Assembly (NCBI GenBank): GCA_023260135.1
Contig: JALQWG010000002.1
Span: 52,440 to 116,439 of the forward strand
Origin: Candidatus Altimarinota bacterium
GTDB lineage: Bacteria > Patescibacteriota > Gracilibacteria > BD1-5 > UBA2023
DNA length: 64,000 bases
Direction of reading: 5' to 3'
In this document: in pieces, positions 54,734 through 64,000 of the stretch
Numbering within the stretch: the first letter of the stretch is position 1
Layout of the letters: each line of letters starts with the position of its first letter
Program-made: the position numbers and the translations under genes
Notes under the pieces: generated by a model
Told to the model about the DNA's origin: nothing
The model's input: only the letters and a program-made list of their open reading frames with translations
Databases searched by the model: none

Positions 54734-55160
54734 GGGGATGATATAGGATTCGAGGAAAAGAATCGTATGTTATATATGCTCTCTCGGGGCTCCTCGCCTC
54801 GTTATCAAAGGGGAATCAATAGATGCAAAAACATCTCCACTTTCTCGCCTCGCTTCATTCATGAAGGGTGGTGTTGCTGTTGCTGCCTAACCGCTCAACA
54901 GTGTAGCCTTGTCTTAGACATGAGTGCCAGATGGCCTGCTACATATTTCACTTTCGGATACTGGTAGGGAAGTGTCATATTTTCCAGTTTCTCACTGATC
55001 TTAGTATAGGGAATTCGTAGGATGAGAATATCAGAAAACCTATTTTCCAAGAGCTTTTTGTTCGTTTTTTATTTTTGGAAATATCAAAACCGAACTACAG
55101 GGAGTAGATGTATATGGTGTACCTTTTTCGACGCGAGGGCAGTGCTCGCCATCTCCACCA
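54734..55160 (+). ncRNA. ssrA: tmRNA (SsrA), about 427 nt
   Basis: 5' GGGGATGATATAGGATTCGAGG matches the GGGGxUGAxxxxGGAUUCGAC consensus. The 3' end is GACGCGAG-GGCAGTG-CTCGC-CATCTCC-ACCA. The acceptor has a G3-U70 pair. Candidate tag ORF is ...GCT TCA TTC ATG AAG GGT GGT GTT GCT GTT GCT GCC TAA (ASFMKGGVAVAA, TAA at 54888-54890). Confidence 0.8.
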
Positions 55161-55175
55161 GTTTTAGAACAATAT

Positions 55176-55207
55176 AAAATACCTCCGATTAAATCGGAGG
55201 TATTTTT
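55176..55207. terminator. Terminator hairpin H1 after ssrA
   Basis: AAAATACCTCCGATT-a-AATCGGAGGTATTTT. Confidence 0.65.
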
Positions 55208-55361
55208 AGTATTATACGTATTCAAAAGTTATGTTTTTGGCTATTTGTATATTTTGCAGTATTTTGACAAAAAATTTAATTTATTGTAAAATAAATTAGT
55301 GTCAATAAATAAAAAACCACATCACAGGAATATATCATCACATTATCCATCAGGATGAAAT

Positions 55362-58193
55362 ATGAGGGTGATTCCACGTATCACAGAAGATGCCGCCAGG
55401 CTTATGTCATGAAAACTCTCCATCAAGGATGTGAGAGAGATCGCACGATATAGGCATTATTATCCTCTCGAGGATACCAAGGAGTGGCTAGATTCTTTTG
55501 ATGTACAATGAATTGATACTATCATGAGATTTACTCCTGATTGGTGGACACGCTGGAATATACTAGATACGGCAAATTCTGTTGCATGACACCTTCTTGA
55601 TAAAAAGCCTGATCTTCTTAAGGATTTTGTAGAGATTATCATCGAAACATTGAAAAGTAATCAGGTAGATAATGCGGATAATTTTCAAAATAGTAATACC
55701 TTTTCTTTATTGCAGCGTTTTAAAATCAAATATAATGAGTTAGACAAATATAGTGAAGAAGAATATCTGGAATTCTATAGGAGATATAGTCGTGTTATCT
55801 CATTATTTGCTGATATAGAATCCTATAAAACCGATAGTATACTCGAGAATCTCCTCAGATCATGAGCCTGGAAGAATTATTTTCTCTGGCTCGAACTCAC
55901 TTGAGTGGAAGCTAATTTTATAATGGGATGAGATCTTCCATGAATGTTAGAGATCTTTAGGCAAATTCATGAGGATGAGATACGGTCTCTTGCACTTATC
56001 TGTGATAAGAAATCCTTTTGAAGATATTCCAAGAATCTACTAACATTTTATCATAGATCAAAAAAGATATTTCGATCCGATCATACAAAAATATGGGAGA
56101 GAATAAGGATGTCTTTTCAGGATAACCCTCTCGGTTCAATTTTTTTTGAGAGTGGAGTCTATCTTTCTGAAAATACTGAGGATGCTAATAGGGAATTATT
56201 TTTCTCACGATATATGTCGGAGATAGAGTTTTTATGAGATCTTTGAAGAAAAATACAATCAAAACTTGATCGTTTTGGTTTAGAAAAACTTTTATGACTT
56301 CGTAAAAAAATAAAAAAGAAATATTGAGAGAGTGATGATGTATGCTCCTCGGTACTATGAGTTCTTGCATGAATCCACACAGAATATCTGAGTGACTATA
56401 TTAAGGCAATTGATAAGAATCTTGATATCCTCCCTCCTGTTGATAAATTGCAAGAATTGATTCTCGAATCCGAGAGACTCGGAAATAAGATTCGAAACCC
56501 ATTTGAAGCAAGACACGAATGTTTTCTCAGTTATCTTATTCGGTTCCAGCGTATCCGAGAGAGTAGACATGACCTAGAGCGATTCATCGATAAGATATGA
56601 GGTCAGTATATCGTAAATGTTATAGATAAGCTCCCTCAGGAATATGAGTCCAACTGGCATGAGAACCCTCTCTACGAGAGATCGATCCAGACAAAACTTA
56701 TCAATCCAAATAATCCAAAAGAAGACTTACTTGATACTTCTTCTATATTTCTCAGTCTTGGAAACAATGGTCTGGATATCGCGCAATGTGAGAGGCTCTA
56801 TGCTGATATGTCCAAGTCAAAAGATGCCTATACAGACCTTAATAATTTCTATAATAATTGATGAAGGAATCAGGCTGATTTTGCCTCAATGGCAAGCCTA
56901 CTACAGTTCCGACCCAAGAGCTATCGAAGAGTCTTGCGAAATATTTTTCCTATATTCCATGAGTATGTGAGAGATATATCATTCTCATCATTTTTTCGAC
57001 ATGTTCTCTGGAAAAAACTCAACCCCAATCAACTCCAGGAATTACGATGAGAATGAGGGGGATCGTATAGAGAGAGGGTCACATCACTGTGTTATTTTCT
57101 CTGAAAAGATCCATCTGAGTACGAAAAAGCATGGTTATGATTCCAAAAGGCGACACAATTTTATCCAGATATATCTAGTAATATTGATAAATTCAGGCAA
57201 TTTGAAGACTTACTTATTACCCTCGAGACTGAGAGTATGAACAAGAAAGTTTGTGATTATTATATTCAGAATGCATGACTGGATAAAGAGGAGCTCACTC
57301 CAGATATGCTTGCAATTGATGCAATCATGGTGATTATAAAGTCTTTGGTAACAAATTATAGCAACAAAGAAATATGAAAAAAATTGCTGAGAAAAATGAT
57401 CGCAAAAAAGAATGAGCCGTTTTCATATAGTTGGGATGAATCAAAAAACCAAGAGTGGTTTGACGAAAACCTGACCCTATTACAAAATAAGCTGTGGAAT
57501 AGTGAAAATAGGAAGACATATCCTGTGACGTCTGAATTCCGGAAGACAGATGAGACTATGCTCTCTGAAATCAATAAGTTTCTCAGAGTTGCAGAAGGTC
57601 TTGTGGATTCCTTATGACTTTCTCTTGAGATCAATACGCAAGACTATGAGATATTTTTAGTAGAGCTTGCAGGATTTTTTGAAAAAAACCCAACAATTGA
57701 TATTCAGATAAAGAAAAATATAGAACTCCAGGCAGCTTCTATAAAACGAGTATTAAATAGATGAAAAGAGAGATCTATCCGTGAAGTTAGTATTTATCAT
57801 GAGATAAATACTTCGAGGATTGTTATGATGGGTGATTGGGTTGATGGTTCTTGCTTGTCTTCATCTAGTAATATCAAAAATACTTGGTCAGTGATTGCTA
57901 ATGCCTGTGAATGAAATAAAGGAGTTTTCTATGCACAAGATGAAAAGTGAAATATACTCTGAAGACTTTTGGTTGCAATAGATTCCCAAAATAGACTTGT
58001 TCTATTTTGAGTATATACAAAATGATCTCCTGATATTGATCTTCAGAAGGTATTTGAGAGGTATATTCGTGATTTTTCCAGAGATATAGAGTTGAGTCTC
58101 TGATGAGATCCAAAAAAGGTGGAAAAAATACTCGATTGTGATTGGTATATTGACCCAGTATGGACTGAGGTCTCTCCGATAGTTAGTAGATAG
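55362..58193 (+). CDS. Large orphan protein (943 aa), AT-rich and TGA-dense
   Basis: All 48 sequence lines were checked codon by codon: ATG 55362, TAG 58191-58193, 32 in-frame TGA, no TAA or TAG. Standard-code fragments 55650..55865 and 57384..57617 lie in this frame. I recognise no domain. Confidence 0.7.
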
Positions 58194-58228
58194 TTATAGG
58201 GTAGCTAGTATGTCATAATAGTTACATC

Positions 58229-58260
58229 AAAATATCTCCGATTAGATCGGAGATATTTTT
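58229..58260. terminator. Terminator hairpin H2, paralog of H1 (bidirectional, between the orphan ORF and the histidine kinase)
   Basis: AAAATATCTCCGAT-tag-ATCGGAGATATTTT. Confidence 0.65.
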
Positions 58261-58262
58261 GA

Positions 58263-59531
58263 TTATTTCATCTGTATCACAAAACTCGTCCCAACTCACT
58301 TCTCACTCTCTACCTCTATAGTCCATCCATAGAGTCTCACAATTCGTTCGACAATAGTGAGTCCGATACCTGTTCCAGGAACCTTGCCAGTTCTATCTGC
58401 CCGGTAGAATCGTTCGAATATTCGCTTGCTTTCTTCCTTAGTCATACCGATTCCTGTATCGGTGATGGTGAGTTTTTTTCCTGAGGCTGTGATAGAGATA
58501 GTGCCACCATCCTTGTTATATCTGATGGCATTGGATATGAGATTCGACAGGAGTATCTGGAAGTGTTTTTTCTCTATGGATACCTGGAGCTTCTCGGGGA
58601 TATCGAGTGTAGTTGTGAGGTGCTTCTTCTCGATATTCTCAGATTGGAGTGAGAGGGTTTCTTCTATGTTTTCTCGCAGATTCAGCGTGGTTGTGCTCGT
58701 TGGTGCCTGTAGATTCGCGAGCTCTACGAGTCAGTCGATGGAGTCTCACATAGAGTGTATGGTTGAGATAGATTCTTCGATGATATCCTTGTCTGGGATT
58801 TTGCTATCTCGGAGTATCTGGAGATTGCCTGATACTATCGCGAGTGGAGTCTTGAGCTCGTGTCCAGCATCGTGGATGAAGTGAGACATAGTGTCGATGT
58901 TCTTTGCAACAGGCTCGAGTGTGCGCTCAACATAGTATCGTCCGATGAAGTAAAACGGTAATATAAGGGCTATGTCTATCATGAGGAATCTGAGGATATC
59001 TCGGAGGATATCATCGAGTGGATAGCCAGATTTTTTGAAAAATATGACACTGTATTCCTCGTCTCCTATTTTTTGCTTCTTCTTGAGGAGGAGAGTCCCA
59101 TCATAGGTGATGATAACATCTGGTTGTAGTGTACTAAGCGTAACAGAATCAATAAACTCAATAAACTCCTTGGCATCAATATTGCCACGTACCTCCATGA
59201 TCTCTCCAGATCCATTGAGAATAATAGAGTTGATACCAATACGAGCTGGTCCTGAACGCTTGGTTCTCTCTATTGGTCATTTGCCTTCGATGATTCACTT
59301 GATATCTCCGATGAATTCTTCCTTCTGGAACCTGTCTTCTAGTATGAGACGTGTCCCGATAAAAAATGCCTCAAATAAGAGTAAAAACGTAAAAGCTCAT
59401 ATCACAAAAATAGATATGAGTCGACGTTCTGTCCGGAGAAGGGAAGAGTCCTTTTCCTTTTCTCTGTATTTTTTGTTATTTTTCCAGAGGTTTTTGCAGG
59501 ATGTTTTGAGTGTATTGAGGTGGTTTTTCAT
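58263..59531 (-). CDS. Sensor histidine kinase (422 aa)
   Basis: H-box HDAGHELKTPL; N-box LSNLISNAIRYN; G1 DTGIGM; G2 GTGIGL. Two TM segments flank an extracytoplasmic loop of about 120 aa. TAA stop at 58263-58265. Confidence 0.85.
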
Positions 59532-59539
59532 AGTATTGA

Positions 59540-60202
59540 TTATGCACTGAGACTATAGCCGATTCACTTGTGCGTCTCGATGACGTGTGTTCAGAGCTTC
59601 TTGCGGAGGTAACCGATATAGACTTCGACCACTTTTTGGTCTGCCCAGGCATCGTAGATTCACCAGATTTTTTCTGCGAGTTCTGTTTTGGAGAGTATAC
59701 GTGGTGAATTCTGCATGAAGTAGAGGAGGAGTTCGTATTCACGTTTTGAGAGATCTATGGTGTCTCATGATTGGGTGACTTCATGGTTTTCCTGATTGAT
59801 GCGGAGGTCTCCGATTTCAATAATCTCAGTGGATTTCTGATTGTTATTACGACGCGCGAGTGCCCGAATACGCGATGTGAGTTCGCGATAGTCACATGGC
59901 TTCACGAGGTAGTCATCGGCACCATAGTCGAGTCCTGCAATGATATCATCCTGGGTGGCACGCGATGTGAGCATGATTATGGGTGTTGATTTTCACTCAG
60001 CTCTGAGCTTGCGACAGACCTCGATACCGTTCATATTCGGAAGCTCGATATCGAGTATGATGACATCATAGTTGTTCTGTACAGCTTCTGAATATCACTC
60101 TACTCAGTCAGTTCTGAGAGTACAGCTGATATCCTGACTCGCGAGGTAGCGTGTGACAGTCTGTGCGAGGGTGATGTTGTCTTCGATGAGGAGGGTGTGC
60201 AT
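59540..60202 (-). CDS. OmpR/PhoB-type response regulator (220 aa)
   Basis: Receiver domain: LLIEDN, ILDIELP, LTSR, VKP. Winged-helix C-terminus LSKREYELL...IETHK[G]IGYSL. TAA stop at 59540-59542. Confidence 0.9.
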
Positions 60203-60360
60203 AGTGTGTAGAGATTATAGATATTGGAGGTTTTTTTCCAAATGAATATCTCGATGATATCCCCGCAATGTAAGAAAAAAGTAAGAATACTTTTTGGCTT
60301 TTTTCTTGCTTTTCATACTCTTTTTTATAATATACGTCTCGTTATTTATAGTATTGGATT

Positions 60361-60966
60361 ATGGCATTTACCATCGATCGAGAGTGAGCTGCTGCTCGTC
60401 TCGGAGTCTCATCTCGAACTATCGACCGCCACATACAGGCAGGACGTATACGTACTCGTCGTATCGGTAAAAAGATGTTCCTCGAAGATGAGGATGTTGA
60501 ACTCCTCAGGAATCAGGATAGTGCGCGCAAGGCTGACGACTATGTTATAATTATGGATAATCAAAAAGATGCTCCAACTCAGGAGATAATTCATCCTCGT
60601 GATGCCTCTACAGGACTCTCTCCTGTTGATGTGGCTGCTGTGACCGAGCTCGTACGTCTTTATGAGGAGACGCGCACTATCATCGCAGAAAAAGACAATA
60701 CCATAAAAGACCTCTCATACAAGCTCGGAAAAGTTGAAACTGAGCTCCGCAACACGGTACCACTCGTCGACTATAACAAGGCTACATTCCTCCTCGAGAC
60801 TGCAAAAACTCGTCAGGTAGAAGATGCGAATTCACTCCAGACCAAGATAGAAACTCTCGAAAAGGAGGTCAACAAGCGCAATGGTGTTATCCTCTCGATT
60901 ACGCTTCTTTTTATTCTCGTTCTTGGATTCTCTATTGTATTCTTCTTCTCATCTCAGTTCATGTAG
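60361..60966 (+). CDS. Excisionase/MerR-like HTH protein with a coiled coil and C-terminal TM anchor (201 aa)
   Basis: N-terminus MAFTIDRE[G]AAARLGVSSRTIDRHIQAGRIRTRRIGKK. C-terminal hydrophobic helix. TAG stop. Confidence 0.55.
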
Positions 60967-61002
60967 ATGAGTTTTTTTATGTTTTTTTCTCTCTAGATTC
61001 CT

Positions 61003-61731
61003 ATGAAAAAGTATCATACCCCCAAGCGTATTCTCCTCAAGCTCTCTGGTGAAGCACTCCAGTGAGATCAGTGATATGGAATTGATCCAAAATTTCTCAC
61101 ATTCCTCGCGAAAAAAATAGTATATCTCGTGAATAATGAGAAACTCGAGATAGTTGTGGTTGTTGGTGGTGGGAATATATTCCGATGAATAGAGCTCGAG
61201 GCTGGTGGATTCGACCGGAGTACGGGTGATAGCATGGGAATGCTCGGTACCATCATCAACTGACTTGCTATCTGAGAGGCTATCGAGAAGCAGTGAGTCG
61301 ATGTTCGCGTCATGACTGCAGTGCCAACTGATAAGGTTGCAGAGCCATTTATCAGACGTCGAGCCCTTCGTCATATAGAAAAGGGGAGAGTGGTTGTCTG
61401 TGTTGGGGGAACAGGGAATCCATACTTCACGACCGATTCATGTGCCGTACTCCGTGGACTCGAACTCGACTGTGATGTAGTGGTCAAGGCTACCAAGGTA
61501 GACGGTATCTATGACAAGGATCCAAAAAAACATACTGATGCGGTACGTCATGAAGAACTCCATATGCATGAAGTCCTCAAAAGGGATATCCGAGTCATGG
61601 ATCAGGCAGCCATAGCACTCGCTCATGATGAAGGAATCCCTATCTATGTCTGTCGTATCGAGGATATAGATACACTGGCAACAGAACAAAATGTTGGAAC
61701 CTACGTTCACTGAGATAAGAGAGACCGATAA
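61003..61731 (+). CDS. pyrH: UMP kinase (242 aa)
   Basis: ILLKLSGEAL, VVGGGNIFR[G], GTGNPYFTTDS. The fragment's TGA at 61711 reads through to the TAA at 61729-61731. Confidence 0.9.
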
Positions 61732-61758
61732 AAAATCCCCGATATTCGGGGATTTTTT
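61730..61758. terminator. Bidirectional terminator
   Basis: AAAAAATCCCCGA-tat-TCGGGGATTTTTT. Confidence 0.6.
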
Positions 61759-64000
61759 ATTCTCATGGGATAACCTTGTATTTTCCTGTTGCTTGGCGTT
61801 GTGTACCGTCCGCATAGGTTGCAGTGACAGTTACACTATATTCTCACGCCTTCTCAAATATATGCGTAACAGATATGCCGCGTTGACTCGGCGTATTGTC
61901 AGAGAATGCCCAGGTGTATTCCTCCACCTGTCATGCATCACCTGTGATGCTAAAATCCACAGGAACGCCTACTATTCATGGAGAGAGGCTCGGTATGAAC
62001 TCTACAGTTCTTGGAGTTTCCTTGAGTACTATTACCTTTTTGATAGAGGCAGTATTTCCAGCATCATCGATGATGGTGAGGCGTATTTCTTTTTCTCCTG
62101 GAGTGCTATATGTATAGCTCTGTACAGCATCACCTACGGCATCCTGTTTTCCTTCACCGAAGTTATAGATGAACTTGATAATCTCATTATTCTCTGACCA
62201 AGACTGTGATGCATCAACTGTGACTGTAGTTGGTATATAGTCAGAGGTCTGGAGGAGCGTGAGGCGTGGTATGAGAGTTTTTCTCTCCACATCGATAGTG
62301 ATGCTATCAACTGCGATCTTTATTTCAGGGTTATTTCATGGTACTACTTTTTCAAATGTATAATACCCGAGTATTGTGTAGCGATATGTATTCGATATTG
62401 TAAAACTGACTCGTTCGCCCACCTTTTCTATATTGGTTCTACCATCGGAGAACTTCCAACGTACTTCCTTGAGTTCGTATCCAGGATTCTCTGTGACAAT
62501 ATCTCGAGCATCGAATACGAGTGTATCCGGTGGGATAATGCTATCGATGATATATGTTTTGAGTATCTCATCATATGATTCCTCAGGGTTGAGGAGAGTG
62601 TTATCACTTCCATATACCTGAGCATGTTTGAGGAGGCGAAGGGGTTCTTCTACTACAACATCTTTTTCTATCTCGTACGAGTTACCATTACTCATGAGGA
62701 TTTTTACTTTTACCGAGTTACGTCCGTAGTTTCAGAAGTTGTACTTACAAGTATTCACTTCATTTCTACAGATGATAATACCATCGTTGACACTCCATTC
62801 TATATCTGTGATAGAGTTCCTGTCCGACGTTATTCCTGTGAGGTACATAGTGTATTCTTTTGCATCGATAGTGGATTGTACGAGTTCTATCGTGGCATCT
62901 CCTGTGAGGATATCTCTTTTTTGTATGAGAAATATTCTCTCAGGAATAGATGTAGAGATTCTGAGGAGGATGAACAGTGGTGTCTCACTTGGTTTTTCTG
63001 TTATGGTTGGGGTTTTGACAGACTTTCCAGTATTTTCATAGATCCATTCTACATCACCGAGGAGGGCAAGTTTCCTCGCATCGAGAGTGATGATATCTTC
63101 ACCTGATATGTTTTTGTCTTCCTTGATATCTATGAGTCCGCGTATCTCGACTGCTTGGAGATCCATAGGTATCTCTATCTCTTCACTATTGATATCTGTT
63201 CCATAGTACGTTCCACGGACATTATAGTTTTTTATCTGGTCAAAAGTACAGATAATTCACTGTTCTTCCTTGGGATTTGTTCCGGTGACAACACTCCTTC
63301 CGTCAGCACAGACCGCGCCATCGAAGTTGATCTCGTAACGTTCTATCTTGATACCGTTATTGATCTCATATGCCTTGGCATTGCCTCTGATATCATAGCG
63401 GAGTGATATTGGTCCTATCATATTCTGGGTTTTTGATACCTGTGCGTATGGCTCAGAGAGAGGATTAGAGTAGAGGATATTGTCATATACTCAGATTACA
63501 CCACCATCCCAGACGATTTCACCGATTTTTTTGAAGAGAAAAATCCAAAAAGTAAGAATAGAAAAGAGGAGTATACCAACGAGTGTTGCTACCATCCATG
63601 CGAGTATTTTTTTACGCTTCTGTTCTCGGGGAGTCCATATCGCACGAAAAAGCGCCACCATCCACACAATCGATACGACGAGCATGATGATGCCAAAACT
63701 TCCGTTGATGAACTTGCGGAGGAGGGTTGCTACGTCCTTGGTATCTATACCGAACATGATGATGAAGAACTGTGCTTCTCCAGGATTGAATACGATATAA
63801 GCGAGAAAACTCGCGAAAAATATCACCCCAGTAAAAAAGAGGGCACCTATAGCCTTGAGTATTGTTCCCGGTGGAAGTGGTTGTCTTGGTTTTTTTGATG
63901 GAGGAGGAGTTACTCCTGGGCTCGGAGGAATTGGTGGAGTGGCATCAATATTGGTAGGTGTTGCCGTATCTGCTGATGTTGCATTCCCTGATGTTTCTTG
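61757..64000 (-). CDS. Large membrane-anchored surface protein with PKD-like repeats; the N-terminus is outside the window
   Basis: Fragments 61976.., 62336.., 62732.. and 63491.. all share one frame and are joined by TGA. PKD-like motifs FIYNFGEGKQ...YTYSTPGEKEIRLTIIDDAGN and WAFSDNTP. TM helices at 63491-63826. TAA stop at 61757-61759. Confidence 0.6.

Noticed and set aside
54560-54967. 135-aa plus-strand ORF, and the 61-aa minus-strand ORF 55040..55225.
   Set aside because: Both overlap the tmRNA gene. The first also overlaps the end of the code-25 ORF 54159-54617 out of frame.
55161-58260. Integrated prophage or integrative element at the tmRNA 3' end.
   Set aside because: There is no integrase or recombinase, and no direct repeat of the ssrA 3' end at the distal boundary. 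Only one large ORF is present. It is kept as an island-like cassette, not as a classical integrative element.

Overview
Evidence is hand translation and motif recognition only. No searches were run, and start codons and RNA ends are approximate. The window reads coherently only in genetic code 25 (TGA = Gly). Nearly every conserved gene is cut into pieces by in-frame TGA in the supplied standard-code ORF track, never by TAA or TAG. The TGA codons fall on invariant glycines: adk GSGK[G]TQ, PilB MV[G]EIRD, DnaQ DLETT[G], HemW FG[G]GTPS, cyclophilin MIQ[G]GDPTG, SecA KQCH[G], MurG GGGTG[G]H. This indicates a Gracilibacteria/Absconditabacteria (SR1)-type CPR/Patescibacteria genome. Retranslated, the window is densely packed with about 60 protein genes and three RNA genes: RNase P RNA, tRNA-Thr(GGU) and tmRNA. 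The protein genes include a type IV pilus operon (pilB, pilC and two membrane proteins), a DnaQ-DinG fusion, ftsA-ftsZ, topA and rnhB. They also include adk, hemW, truB-lepB-secA, miaB, a P-type ATPase, ybaB, a cyclophilin, a photolyase, tfoX, two ABC exporters, murG, dprA, argS, cysS, an OmpR-type two-component system and pyrH. Several secreted or PKD-domain surface proteins are present. Most intergenic gaps carry A-tract/hairpin/T-tract bidirectional terminators. The main items for follow-up are listed here. (1) A 943-aa orphan ORF (55362-58193) is invisible in the standard code (32 in-frame TGA, no TAA/TAG). It is AT-rich, sits directly 3' of tmRNA, and is bracketed by two paralogous hairpins with compensatory substitutions. 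(2) miaB carries an in-frame DUF559 (Vsr-like endonuclease) cassette flanked by hairpins, plus two heptanucleotide x4 tandem repeats inside the CDS. (3) A GC-rich REP/MITE-like repeat family has one copy inserted in frame in hemW. (4) ftsA has a 1-nt frameshift in a homopolymer. (5) An 11-13-nt motif recurs at 5' regions.
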